From positions 38,316,001-38,380,000 of the forward strand of contig NC_043008.1 in NCBI RefSeq assembly GCF_006345805.1: a stretch of DNA of 64,000 nt, in the 5' to 3' direction. Both the position numbers and the translations under genes were made by a program. Each line of letters starts with the position of its first letter. Within the stretch, counting starts at the first letter, position 1. Below, piece by piece: positions 28,599-41,899 of the stretch. Source of the stretch: Octopus sinensis. Lineage: Eukaryota. A model generated the notes under the pieces. The model was not told where the DNA came from. It saw only the letters and a list, made by a program, of their open reading frames with translations, and searched no databases.

Positions 28599-28627
28599 CT
28601 GATGAGTGTACAGTACACAACTGGTAT
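28599..28627 (+). ncRNA. Decayed hammerhead-like motif
   Basis: CTGATGA-GTGTA(cag)TACAC-AAC-TG-GTA; GAAA reduced to AA, no clear stem I. Confidence 0.3.
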
Positions 28628-30413
28628 ACAATGTTATTCAGAGTTAGATATCTGACATATGATGTTCGTAACAATATTTTCAGTTGGTTGTAGGTTCTTC
28701 ACTTACTCTTGTAAAATGATGAATTTAAGTCTCTCCAATCCATCCCTAAGATTATGAAGCTTCTGTATATGTAATAAATCAAATCGGTTTAATTTAACAT
28801 AGTTTAGTTTAAGTCATAATTAATTTGCTTTAATTTGCTAAGTTGAAACTATGAGGTTAACATACCTAGTACCTCTAGTACCTAGTTCAAATTTTATCTT
28901 GATTAGCTTTCCATTTCAATTTAAGCAATGCTGTCCAATTGAGTAAAAATGCATTTACCAAAGAAATATATGGATTATGCCCAGAGCAGTGTTAAGGAAA
29001 TATTTATAAGACAAAAACTGCTTTTCGTGGAGATGAGAAATTATTCTTTCCCAGTTAGGTGCCTTTAACATGTGTAATGATTATATACACCTGTAATATA
29101 TTGGTGTTGATCCAGTAAACCAAGCCATCCACCTTTACAAAATTGGTCTTATGCACACACACACACACACACACCATGCACATATTCAAGATGAATTCAA
29201 TATATAGATTTTGCATAAAATTTGAAAAAGAAGTATTTTCCAAAATACATAGATATAATTCCTGATTGCAATGTAGTTTCTCAAATAGATAATTTTCTAA
29301 ACTTTGTTTAATTACATGGTTGATTTTCATTGATACAAAAGTTCTTTGAAATGACAAATGATATAGTGAACGATAATTTCTTATAAAATCAAGATAATGG
29401 TTTTCTCTATAATTATGCATTGCATAGCTTAAAGATTGTTCACTCTCACAATATTAGTTAAAGTTACTAACCAAAGTCTATGATTACAAGCTTAACAAAT
29501 GTAGTTTTCACAGCACTGTCACAAAAGAACTAAATTTGCATGATGGTAGTCTAATTGCAAGAAGTATAATTACTTTAATTAAAGTTCTTTGATGTCAGCT
29601 GAAATTCTTAAAGTTCCTACCAAGAAGTTTAAATACTTAAATTTCCAATTTCTAAATTTTTGCTTCTTTGTTTACAAACTAAATTATTCAACAGCAGATA
29701 TTCAAAAGATCCCATGCCAACCATTCTTTTAATCTTCTCTTCCTCTTTAACAGCATGAGAGACTTTTAATTTACATCATTATAAATATACAAACCCACAT
29801 ACACACACAAATATATATATATGTGTGCGCCTGTGTTTGTGTGTGTGTGTGTGTACATATATTTTTTATCAACCTAAGTGTAAAAGACATGTTAAATATA
29901 AACAGGTTTCCTTAAAAAGTTGTTCAATTCCAAACCAAAATGAAAATGACAGAATTTGAAATTTTTGTTTCCTCTCAAAAAGAACTTTTGCTTTACATGT
30001 TCATTTTCTTTTTTTCATTATTTTTTTTTTTCAAGCATTTAGGCTTTAGATCTGATGGGGAAAGTTTTAAATACTTTCATTGAAATGGGTGTATTAGTGT
30101 AAGAGAAGAATGAAATAAAGCACATTAATGGCAAAATTAAGTCAAACTGTAGCTTAAAAGAATTACAAAAATTTCTAAAGAGAAAATTATTGATTTTAGA
30201 TTAGAGTCTACTCTTAGATTCCTACCATAATTCTAAAGAAAGAAATCAGGAAAAAAAAAAGAGTAGCTATTAAAAACCTATAAATTGTTAAATTATTACT
30301 AGTTTATTTTATTTTTAATATAATTATTCATAAATCCAATTCAAAAATTTTTGTCAGAATTTTCACACTTGACTGACAATTAAAAAAAATTCTTCCTTGC
30401 TGTAGAGTTTTAG

Positions 30414-30518
30414 GCTGGAAGAATGTTTCAAAAGCAACAACGTTGGCACCGACACATTCTCACCATCAGGATTTGCCTTCTAGAATCAATGGAAAAGCTA
30501 TTAGTTAACTATGATGGT
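30414..30518 (+). CDS. Candidate exon (105 nt, phase 0-0), AGRMFQKQQRWHRHILTIRICLLESMEKLLVNYDG
   Basis: Acceptor gagttttag after a pyrimidine tract, donor GGT|gtaaga; frame open from end to end; no homology recognised. Confidence 0.25.
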
Positions 30519-31070
30519 GTAAGATTTGAAAATAATATAAGACAGCTTGCTTTTATATTTTTTCTCCTTTTTCTCTCTCTTTAAATTTATATTAATACAT
30601 GTTATTACTGAACAGCTCTTGACAAGATCTTCCAATAGATTACATCTTCCGCTAGGTTTTTACTAGTGTTAATGTTAACATATTCCACTCAATAACACTT
30701 TGTAGATATTATACAATATTCAAATTTCTAATGTTTTGATGAAGGACTTACCTAGAAGTGTTTATTTCCTGTTATCTATCAGAAACCTGGTTTTGATTTC
30801 TGAATTATTTCACTGTATCTCGTGTATCTCTATTGAATGAGCTTGAGAAAGCAGTATTGAAGGCTTCTGGTTTCCCTAACAGTGTCTAGAGCAAGTTATC
30901 TTGATAGAGTGTTGGTGTAGAAGGGTTTCAATCTTAGAACATGCCTAACAAATAATTCCTTCTACAAGAAGTACAAGGCCTAAGAAAGGACAAGTTGATT
31001 GTATCGACCCCAGCTTTTGACAAGTTCTTATTTCATTGACTCCAAAAAGGATGAGAAGCAAAGTTGACCT

Positions 31071-31242
31071 CTCTTTTACTCTTTTACTTGTTTCAGTCAT
31101 TTGACTGTGACCATGCTGGAGCACCACCTTTAGTTGAGCAGATCGACCCCAGGACTTATTTTTTGGAAGCCTAGTACTAATTCTATCGGTCTCTTTTGCC
31201 GAACCGCTAAGAAAGAAGCCTGTCATATATATGTATGTATGC

Positions 31243-31281
<39 letters not shown>

Positions 31282-31490
31282 TGTGTGTCTGTGTTTGTCC
31301 CCCACAACATCGCTTGACAACCGATGCTGGTGTGTTTACGTCCCCGTAACTTAGTGGTTTGGCAAGAGAGACCAATAGAATAAGTACTAAGCTTACAAAG
31401 AATAAGTCCTAGGGTCGATTTGCTCAACTAAAGGTGGTGCTCCAGCATGGCCGCAGTCAAATGACTGAAACAAGTAAAGGAGTAAAAGAG
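31071..31490. mobile_element. SINE family A with its 3' 141 bp duplicated in inverted orientation
   Basis: Minus-strand tail 31071-31211 joined directly to a 5'-truncated plus copy whose tail is 31350-31490. Confidence 0.85.
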
Positions 31491-32437
31491 TAACGGTCTT
31501 TTGTGACATGATAGGACAAGAAAATATTGATTCTAGAGGTTTATTTATGATATGGGTGCATCATAATGTCATAAGTTCGATTCCTGGATCAAACCACATG
31601 TTGTGCTCTTGAGTAAGTCTCTTCATTCCATGTTGTTAATCATCTACTCAGCTGAAAATGAGTACCAGCCGAGTACTGGTCTCTCTCTCACTTTTGGTGC
31701 CTCACTTTCTTTCTCTCTCTTGCTTTCTCCCCGCCCCCTCATTCTATGACATCTTGGATGTACCTCTGGGTCAAAGGATGTGAGAGGCAAGAAGGTGTTT
31801 ATGTCTACTTGTGACAACGTAAGCACATGAACCATTTTGCAGAAGCTTGGTACTTGATACCAATCTACATTCATTCGTTGGTGACATCTAACTCTTTATA
31901 TTGATAGTGAAAGGGACACCAAGAAAGACAGAGAGGAAATAGTGAGTTATTTAATTGTGAAAATATTAAGCTTCATAGATAAATCAATGCAGGATTGTGG
32001 ATAATGGTAATATTCTATAGTACAAAGGTGTTCAACTCAAGCAGAGCACAGACAATTAAACATTAAAAAAATGATAATGATATATATGTTTGTTTTACAA
32101 GATACATTATTTTCTACAAGACTGGTTATGAAATATATCATTAACCAGTTCATTTATGAAATGAATCACTAATTATCAAAAACAGCATTGAAACTATTAA
32201 ATAATTCATTCAAAGCTCTGTCTGGTTCATTTGTTTGGTGACTCAATGTGAGGAGAATATCTTCAAAATATATACAGTTTCGAAAGAAATTGGATGACTT
32301 TAGCTATACTTTAAGCACATAGACTATAGTTAATTGTTAATAGCAATACAGTCCTTAATTTAATGACTGTGATTTAATCACTCTGTAGATGTGTTATGTG
32401 AGATTATATATATATTTTTTTATTCATTTATGTAACA

Positions 32438-32735
32438 GTGGAGGCGTAATGGCCCAGTGTTTAGGGCAGTGGACTTGCGGTCGGAGGATCACAGTTTCGA
32501 TTCCCAGACTGGGCGTTGCGTGTGTTTATTGAGGGAAAACACCTAAAACTTCCACGAGCCTCTGGGGTGGTGGCAACCCTTGTTGTACTCTTCCACTACA
32601 ACTTTCTCTCACTCTCTCTTCCTGTTTCTTGAGTAACGCTGCGATGGACTTGGTGTCCCATCCAGCTGGGAGAACACATACACTACAGAATCCGGGAAAC
32701 CGGGCCCATGAGCCTGGCTAGGCTTGAAAAGGGCG
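32438..32735 (+). mobile_element. SINE family D
   Basis: Collinear with 27415. Confidence 0.85.
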
Positions 32736-32749
32736 AAGTTTTATCATTA

Positions 32750-33200
32750 TTTATTTAAATGATAAACTTCTGAAAAGTTTTACAGATTTGTACAGTTCCA
32801 GTAATCCGTAGTCTTTGAATTAGTTTTCTCCTTTCTGGTTTTGAGAAGCCTAATTTCTCAACATTGGTATTTAGGCAGTGTGTTACATATCCCAGGGCCC
32901 CAATAATTACAGGTATAAACCTGAACTTGTAATCTGGAAAGAGTAATTGCAGATTTCTCAATAGTTCAGCATAGGTGTTCTCTTTTTCACTAATTTTCAC
33001 ATTTATGTTAACATCCGCTGGGCAGCTAATTTCCACAACTGAGCACAGTTTCTCTTCTCTATCCCAAATTATTATATCAGGTCTGTTGTGCTTACATCTT
33101 ATTGAGGTCTTCCCTGGGACATTCCACCAGTATTCCTTTTTATTATGAGTGGCTATGGCTTCTACCATATTGTGGGTTCTTGTATATGTATCCATGTGGT
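32750..33200 (-). mobile_element. 5'-truncated non-LTR retrotransposon, restriction-like endonuclease (RLE) domain, R4/NeSL/CRE-like
   Basis: Open 146-aa ORF with YWWN...HNRPDIIIWD...VVEISCPADVN...K..EKENTY..L...L.P......P..IGALG, the PD-(D/E)xK RLE signature. Confidence 0.9.
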
Positions 33201-33589
33201 GAGCTTCTTGCAGTTTCCATCTACCTAATTCCTTTGCAAGTAATTGGTTGCTTGAGGCTGAGGAAAAAAAACTTACTTAAGGTGCTTAACAGTGGGACTG
33301 AACCCAAAACCATACCATTAAGGAGCAACCTTCCTAACAGCACAGCCATGCCTGTGCCCTTGTGCATCTGCACAACATGGATATTCTGTAAAAGGGCCTA
33401 AAATGCTTCTTCTTCTGCAAGAAGTCTTATATCTTGAGAACTTTATACTTAAGTATGTCTGCATATGTGTATGTGTGTGCATGTATGTGTATGTATGTGT
33501 GTGTGAGTGTGTGTCTGCATATGTGTGTGTGAGTGTGTACAAGGTATATGTATGGGTGTGTAAGCAGGTCTCCATACAAATATATACAT

Positions 33590-33628
<39 letters not shown>

Positions 33629-34382
33629 ATATATATGTATGTATATACATATATACACACATGAATAAATTTCAGAAGAAATAATTTTCTAAATGTAAAT
33701 CTATAAAGCATTCAAGCATAAATAAAAGAGTATGAGACTTTGGTTATGGTACAATAATGATTGATCTAAATAAGAATCAAAATCATGGTTTTATGGTGGC
33801 TGATCAGATTTTCTAGACTTCCTATTCACCGACGCTAAATATGTTTACATCTAGTCAATTTGCAGTATACATATGTTGCTGCCTTCTACAATACATGTCT
33901 TCATCGTCTTCTTCGTCTTCTTCTTCTTCTTCTTCTTATTATTATTATTATTATTATTATTATTCTTCAGTTGAATTGCATTAGATACAAATCATGAAAA
34001 CAGAACATATCCTGTTAATTGTAGAATGCCGTTGTTGCGTCATTATGTTTCCAATGCAAATAAAATATTGGCTGGTTTGGAATTTTGTTCTTCCACAGGA
34101 ATATTTTCATCAATGGGATTCACATCCTTGTTAGGGTTTAAAGTACAATTAACGCTAACATAATTCTTTCAGAATATTCTGCATTGCAGTTTATTGCGTG
34201 AAGACACTTGGGTGACACTAGTGTCAGTTGATTAGCTGGAACCTGGTTCTTCACTGGTGCTGTACTTTACAGACCCTGGACAGGAGTCAAGCAGATTACA
34301 TATACACATATGCATGTATGTATTTATCTGTATAACCTATCCTAATTCTCTCTTTCTTGCTCTCTCTCCCCTCTCTCTCTAT

Positions 34383-34700
34383 CATCATCATCATCATCAT
34401 CGTTTAACGTCCGCTTTCCATGTTAGCATGGGTTGGACGATTTGAATGAGGACTGGCAAAGCTCCAATCTGATCTGGCAGAGTTTCTACAGCTGGATGCC
34501 CTTCCTAACGCCAACCACTCTGAGATGTAGTTGGTGCTTTTACGTGTCACCAGCACAATGACCAGTCTGACGGTACTGGCAACGGTCACGCTCGAAAATG
34601 GTGTTCTTTATGTGTCTCCTGCACAGGAGTCAGTTCAGTGGCACTGGCAACGACCTCGCTTGAATGTTTAGTTCACATGCCACCAGCACAAATGCCAGTA
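34383..34700 (-). mobile_element. SINE family B with about three internal units
   Basis: catcatcgtttaacgtccgctttccatg...ggatgcccttcctaacgccaacc, followed by repeated ...gtgccacc/gtgtcacc units. Confidence 0.85.
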
Positions 34701-34789
34701 AGGTGAGATATATATATATATAGAGAGAGAGAGAGACATTCATACACACTCATACACACACATGTACATATATATGTGGTGGTTAGCTA

Positions 34790-35150
34790 CTCCTTATGCA
34801 GAGTCTGACCACCTCTTGTACTTAACCCTTAGATCTATCATGGCATCTGATGTGTCTTCTTAAACCAGACAATGTTTTGGAAAGACACCCACATAGATTG
34901 CAAATCTGATTTGTACCACCAAGAGCTGCAGTCAAGTTCTGATCTTTGTGGGTCTTAAAATGTCTTTTGAGGCCTCCGTTTAGATTTGGAGACCTTATAC
35001 ATATGTAGGAAGTTGTTTATTCGGCTGGTCATAGACTGACCATTGGTTTCATACGTATGAAACACTTAGCTGTATTGATGAGTCAAATGGCCAGAGTTAC
35101 ATTACCTCTCCACAACTGAAGGGAGAAAACGTCTTGTCAAATAATTTCGT
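34790..35150 (-). pseudogene. RTE-type LINE 3' end with C2H2-like zinc fingers
   Basis: CIRSPNLNGGLKRHFKTH and CNLCGCLSKTLSGLRRHIRCH-DRSKG* read in one frame. Confidence 0.65.
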
Positions 35151-35253
35151 AAACAAAAGAAAAAATTGTTTGATTTGGCTGTTATTTAATGATATATGAT
35201 AGTAGATGTTGTTCTGACCAAATGTATTGAATGCCTCTTATTTTCATTTGTCC

Positions 35254-35290
<37 letters not shown>

Positions 35291-36196
35291 CATGCGCATG
35301 TGTATGTTTGTGTGCATGTATAAGTATATATGTGCATACATGCATGCGTGTATTTGTGTGTGCATGAGTGTGAGTGTGTCTACAAATATACAGCCATGCA
35401 TAGACATGAATCTACAAGAACATATGCATAACTTATTCGGGTTATTTGAGTTGATCCAATGGCCCGTGAGGTTGAAGTTTCTCTGATGTGTAACCAGTCC
35501 CTCAGACAGATAATATATATACAGACACTCCATTTTGAGGAATGCAAAGTTGGGAAGACACAGGGGTAAATGAATTTCTGAATTTACAAGCTGGCTTTTG
35601 ACTGGGGTCTGCAGAGGAAACAGGGTGAGTCAAAAGGGAGAGAAAAAGGCTGTCAATTGCAGCCACGTAAACATATATAAATATAACTTTGAGTAGGTCT
35701 AGAAATGAGAAAGGAACAGAGGGAAGGAATAGACAGAGGGAAGAGACAGAAGGAAAGAAATAGAGAAAGAAAGGAAGGAAGAAAAAGAAAAGCGAAAAAG
35801 AGAAGAGAAAGTGACAGTATGCAAGGTGCAACCCAGTGGTAGGCATTTATATAGGTTGAAGGAATAAGGGATTGTGTTTGGGCCAACAAAGGACCAAAGA
35901 TTCTTCCAAGCCATAGGATCATAAGACCAGGTTCCCAGATTCTGTGGTGCCTGTGCCTCAACCAACCAGATAAGATGCTGATTCATCGCATGATTACTCG
36001 TCTTTGTCAGCTGAGTGGACAGGGGTGATGGGAAATGAAGTATTTTGCTCAAGAACATAACACATCACTCAGTCTGGGAATGAAAAACAAGACTTTGATT
36101 ATGAGACCAGCACCGTAACCCCTACAGCCACACCTGTCCACAAACACTAAAAGGACAGTGGATAAAAAATCACTTGTTTGCATGTGTATCTATGCA

Positions 36197-36497
36197 TGGA
36201 GGCACATGGCCTAGTGGTTAGAGCAGCAGACTCGCGATCGAGGGATCGCAGGCTCAAATCTCAGACCGAGTGATGTGTGTGTTTATGACGAAACACCTAA
36301 GCTCCACATGGCTCTGGCAGAAGGTAATGGCGAACTTCTGCTGACTCTTTTGCCACAACTTTCTCTCACTCTTTCCTCCTGCATCTTGAAGCTCACCTGT
36401 GATGGACCAGCGTCCTGTCCAGGTGGGGGAACCTATACGCCAAGGAAACCGGGAAACTGGCCCTTATGAGCCAGGTGTGGCTCGAGAAGGAACAAAG
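36197..36497 (+). mobile_element. SINE family D
   Basis: A box tggcctagtgg, B box ggctcaaatc; tail matches 27415. Confidence 0.85.
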
Positions 36498-36722
36498 ATG
36501 TGTATCTATGCACACCAAAGCATCATAGACACATACAGAGATATAAAAGAGATTGGAAAAACAAATATTTTTGCTTGCATTCAAGTCTGCAAGTAGTTAT
36601 TCATGCTTGTTTGCAGTTATACATGTATACGCTGACAGACCCACATACAACAAAACCAGCAACTGACCAGCAATAAAGGTGGGTCAGAGAGAGGATTCTC
36701 ACATCCTTTCACTCTCCCTCTC

Positions 36723-36792
<70 letters not shown>

Positions 36793-36849
36793 TTGTGTGT
36801 GTACATATATATGTGTATGTGTGTTATTTATTTAAAGGCCACAATACAT

Positions 36850-36880
<31 letters not shown>

Positions 36881-37181
36881 ATATACAGACAAACATTATA
36901 TATACATATAATAAAAAATGAACTTGAACATATGCATAAAATATATTTATACAAATATGTGAGTATATATTTGTACACAAATATTTATACTAAGGTTTTG
37001 TTAAAACTGATGAAGAATGTCTACATGCCCACCCCCTACACACACTCACATACGCATTCAAATATATGTATTCACACATATGCAAATACACATACGTGCT
37101 TAAAAAAAAAAACAAAAAAAACGGAAAGCATCTTATCAGTACTTCACTCTGTGAACCGTTGATCTGAATTATTGCCTTCAG

Positions 37182-37256
37182 TGGAGAGTTGTTTAAAATA
37201 AAAGCAAGCAGTGGCGAAGGGGCCAGAAAATATGTGGTGGCTGCATATATATGCGA
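37182..37256 (+). CDS. Candidate exon (75 nt, phase 2-2), GELFKIKASSGEGARKYVVAAYIC(D/E)
   Basis: Acceptor attgccttcag, donor CGA|gtaagg; only one open frame; protein-like composition; residue spacing loosely cadherin-like. Confidence 0.35.
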
Positions 37257-39139
37257 GTAAGGTATAGATATATCTAAAAAAGAAACCCCCAAAAAAACAA
37301 ACAAAATGAAACAAAACAAAAAGAAAAAAACGACCCAAAAGGACAAACGATAACAATAACGAAGAATTCAATGTGTAACAGAATGTGTGGTGTTGGCACA
37401 GGGTATGTTGGAAACAAAAACAAACAGTTGAAAACCCATTGTTTTGTTGGAATTCGATAATATTGGTTCAACAGATCCATAGAGATATAAACCAAAATAG
37501 CAGTTGATCTAAGGAAATTAGCTTTACTAGATACTAATTAAATAAGCATAAACATAAGTTAAGATTGGTGGATCTGTTAAGATCAATGTGATGGCTTAGT
37601 ATCGTTGTGAGCACGTGTGTGTGTGTGTATAAAGCATCAAGTGTACACACACACACATATACATATGAGTGAGTGTGTTTATGCATATACACACATATAA
37701 GTGTGTGTGTATGCATATATATATATACACACACATATTTATATACATATATATATAGACAGATAGATTGATGTAGATATGTATATATACATGCTTGTAT
37801 GTATATGTATGCATGTGTGTGTGTGTATGTTTGCATGTATGTATGTAGTTTTGTATTTATACACACACATAGCACACAGTGCATCATATTTATGAATACA
37901 TACGAATATATATAAAGATGCTTTCCCAGTTGTATTCACATATGTGTATTTGTGTGTATACACACACACACACATACATATATACATATATATATACCTG
38001 TATGCTATATATAGAGAAATAGATATTTTTGTGTATATGTATATGTATATATGTTAGTTAGTTAGTTAGTTATATATATGTATGAATATATATGTATGTA
38101 TGTATATATGTGTGTGTGTGTGCATGTGTGTCTGTGTGTATACATAGAGACAGATAGAGATATGTGTCTACATACATATATGTATGTATATATACACATG
38201 TATGAGTGTGTGTATGTATATAAATAAATATGCACATATCCGTGTGTGTGTTGCAGGATATTCGATATTCTCTGGACACTCATAAGTTTGCGGATGTATT
38301 ATGGACATTCGTGTGTGTATGTACACATGTGTTTGAGTGTGCGCGTATGCCTGAGTGTGAGTGTGTGCTTGATATAAACACAGTCAAGCTAAAAACCTCA
38401 ATATCAAGATTCATACAACACACATACAATCACATTCAGACACATTCACACAGAGAAGTACAGCTTAAAGACTCCCCAGTTATCTTGAAGCTAGTTTTAT
38501 CGGCGGATTAGTTCTAATTATTTCTTAAATTAGTAATTTGTGTGACATCACTGCATTGCTCATTACCTCCCCAACTACTGGGTCCCATCTTTAAATAGTT
38601 ATGGTGTGTGGAAGGAATGGGTAAAGGAGAGAAAGTTGAAGAGCACTGTCTGAGAATTCTGCTGCTGTTCTCATTACAGAATACCATCAGGCCACATACT
38701 GATAAAGCCAGTGAACCATTGAGGGAATCTTGTCACATTAATCTATTTATCTATTTCGTTATTTCACTTTAGGGAGAAATAAAGAGAGGCAAAAAAAAAA
38801 AATTAAATTAATAATAAACAAATAAAACAAAATAAGCAAAAAAACCAAACTTCATAAAACACAGGAATTCTCTAAAATACAATAGTTATCTTAGAAAGAA
38901 AATGATGGATTAGACAAGTAATATTTAAAAATAACGGCAATAAAAGAAGAGAAGGAACATACATGTATGTGTATGTGTATTTATGTGTGTGTGGGAGTAA
39001 GTGTATGTATTTCTATAGCTAGAAGTTTCATCTGGTAGGTAAAGGCATGGCTGTGAGGTTAAGATGTTTGCTTACCAACTATGTGGTTTTGGGTTCAGTC
39101 CCACTTCATGGTACACAGGGCAACTTTCTTCTGATATAC

Positions 39140-39320
39140 TCACATCTTCCATCTCACATAGGTCTCACAGGATTTTTAAGAAGATCTTGAAGAGCTGTGA
39201 GCCCTTGAAGCCCAAACTGTTACAGTATCTGATCCTATATCTTGATGGCAACGTTGAGATCTTTGGCACTATGCAGTGGTACCCAGTTCTGCTGTTTGGG
39301 TACCTTTCACTGTCAAGTGC
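39140..39320 (-). pseudogene. CR1-type LINE ORF2 C-terminal fragment
   Basis: NSRTGYHCIVPKISTLPSRYRIRYCNSLGFKGSQLFKIF resembles the CR1 terminal RxGxxCxVP...NSLxxxGPxLFN pattern. Confidence 0.6.
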
Positions 39321-39321
39321 A

Positions 39322-39361
<40 letters not shown>

Positions 39362-39519
39362 TGCGTATGTGTGTGAGTGTGTGTGAGAGTGTACTTGTGT
39401 TATTGTCACTTTGTCCTGACAGCACATGATCTTTATGAGTACATGTAAACTTCATACAAGCTGTGTATTTTATCCCAATCTTCTGTGTAAACATGTCCAG
39501 CAATAGGGAATCAGCAGCT

Positions 39520-39654
39520 GACCAACCACATGGTTCTGGGTTCAGTCCCACTGCATGGTACCTTGGGCAAGTGTCTTCTACTATTGCCTTGGACCAACCA
39601 AATCCTTGTGAGAGGATTTGGTAGATAGAAAGTAAAAGAAGCACATTGTATATA

Positions 39655-39741
<87 letters not shown>

Positions 39742-39957
39742 TTGTGTGTCTGTGTTTGTCCCACTTCCCACCATCGCTTGACAACCAATACTGATGTGTT
39801 TACGTCCCCGTAACTTAACGGTTCGGCAAAAAGAGGCCAATAGAATAAGTACTGGGCTTACAAAGAATATGTCCTGGGGTCGATTTGCTCGACGAAAGGC
39901 TGGTACTCCAGCATGGCCACAGTCAAATGACTGAAACAGGTAAAAGAATAAAAGAGT
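39520..39957 (+). mobile_element. SINE family A with an expanded internal (TG)n
   Basis: Collinear with 3051. Confidence 0.85.
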
Positions 39958-40069
39958 ATGTTTGGAAACGAGAAGGGTTAAATGAGAGAAAAGGCATTTG
40001 GGTTGCGAAAATCTGTCTTGATAAATTCCATTCAGCCTGTGCAAGCATGGAAAAGAGAAGGCTAAAATA

Positions 40070-40103
<34 letters not shown>

Positions 40104-40479
40104 CGATGACGATGATGATGATGATATCTGCATATTCATGTATATGTATCTCACAAGCAAACAAGAAATACAAAATAAAATAAAATAAAATAAAATATGA
40201 TTTTGCCCTCTGTGCAAGAATACGATGAGAAAAGTAATTTGTATTGTGTGTAATATATTTCCAAATTATTCCAGACTCTATATTTTTGGATATTGATAAT
40301 AATCACATGTATTTCTAAATACAAAAATTAATAATAATCCAAGAAGAAATGAGGAAAATACAAAATTTATTACATGTTTACTTAACTATTTGTATATGAA
40401 TTATTAGTGTTTAACCAAAACAACCATCTTTTAGCTCATTTACTTTCTATTTTCACTAATAATTATGGTTCCTATGTCA

Positions 40480-40880
40480 TCCTCATCACTGTTATCATCT
40501 TCATCATCGTCGTTGTTGTCATCATCATCGTCATCGTCATTTTCATCATCATCATCATCTTCATCATCATTTTCATCATCATCATCGTCATTGTTGTCAT
40601 CATCATCGTCATCGTCGTTGCTGTCATCATCATCATCGTTGTTGTTGTCATTATCATAGTCATTGTCGTCGTTGTCATCATCATCGTCGTCATTGTTGTT
40701 GTCATCATCATCATCGTTGTTGTTGTCATTATCATAGTCATTGTCGTCGTTGTCATCATCATCGTCGTCATTGTTGTTGTCATCATCATCATCGTTGTTG
40801 TTGTCATTATCATAGTCATTGTCGTCGTTGTCATCATCATCGTCATCCTCGTTGATGTCATCATCATTGTTGTCATCATC
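40480..40880. repeat. (CAT/CGT/TGT)n array with a 78-bp higher-order unit x3
   Basis: Marker ttatcatagt recurs at 40651, 40729 and 40807. Confidence 0.9.
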
Positions 40881-40937
40881 AGTCAACAAAAGTGGCATGT
40901 ACACATATGCATATCTATATTTACCTATCTAGCAAGC

Positions 40938-41004
<67 letters not shown>

Positions 41005-41899
41005 CAATAATAATAATAATAATATAATAATAATAATAATAATATAATAATAATAATAAAAATAATAATGGACTCTCCCATCATTAGATGACATATGTGG
41101 GTTCAGCAATTTCTTGTCGAACAACCAGACAGGTAATTTGTTTATGGTGGTCAAATGTTTGTGAAGACATAAGCTCACTCCCTCCAAATCGACATTACCT
41201 GTACAGGTGCAACTGGGTGCCACATGTCAGTTGTCGATATGATCGCAGAGCAATATGAAATGAGTTGCTTTGCTCAAGAACACAATGCAACACCCGGTCT
41301 GGGTATTGAACCCATGATCTCATAATCGTGAGTGCAACACATTAACCACTAATGGTTTCACAAGAGCCAGCCAGGTAGAAGCCTGCACCAGACTTTTGGG
41401 ACTGTTTCGGCAGGATTTTTGCAGCCAGATGCCCTTCTAAACACCAACCACTTTACTGTGTGGACTGGATACTTTTAAGTGTCACCTTTACTTCAGGGTC
41501 ACCAAGTACTTGCAAGACAATAAAAAAACAAGTTTCAAGATGGGTGGGTGGGGGGCATTGAAAGAGGTGATCTTGTGTCAGAGGATGAAAGGTTATAGTG
41601 AGACTGAGAGACAGAATCAGGTGTCTTGCTGTAGAGGATGTACAAGGTTACCTGGCCAAAGGCGGGAGAGAGAGAGCAGGAATGAAGACTGAAGCAGGTG
41701 TGCTACCACAAAGGAAATACATAGTTAACTAACCTAAAAGAAGTGCAGGAGAAGGAGTGAGAGAATGGGAAACGGCAGGATAGAGATGGGGGCAAACTGC
41801 TGGGCATACTCACAAAATAAAAAGAGTATAAATAGGATGGTTGAGTAAAGGAAGATGATGGCAAGGTTTGAATGCCATAATATAAATATATATATATAT

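Noticed and set aside
29055-29420. 121-aa minus-strand ORF
   Set aside because: Spans a (CA)n tract, is AT-rich, and has no convincing splice sites or motif.
34213-34226. 14-bp perfect palindrome tgacactagtgtca (and a similar small hairpin near 22443-22475)
   Set aside because: Short enough to arise by chance in 64 kb; no supporting context.
37007-37030. CTGATGA motif
   Set aside because: No stem II or GAAA follows; the CTGAAGA hits at 9104, 18433, 18480, 45392 and about 53352 fail in the same way.
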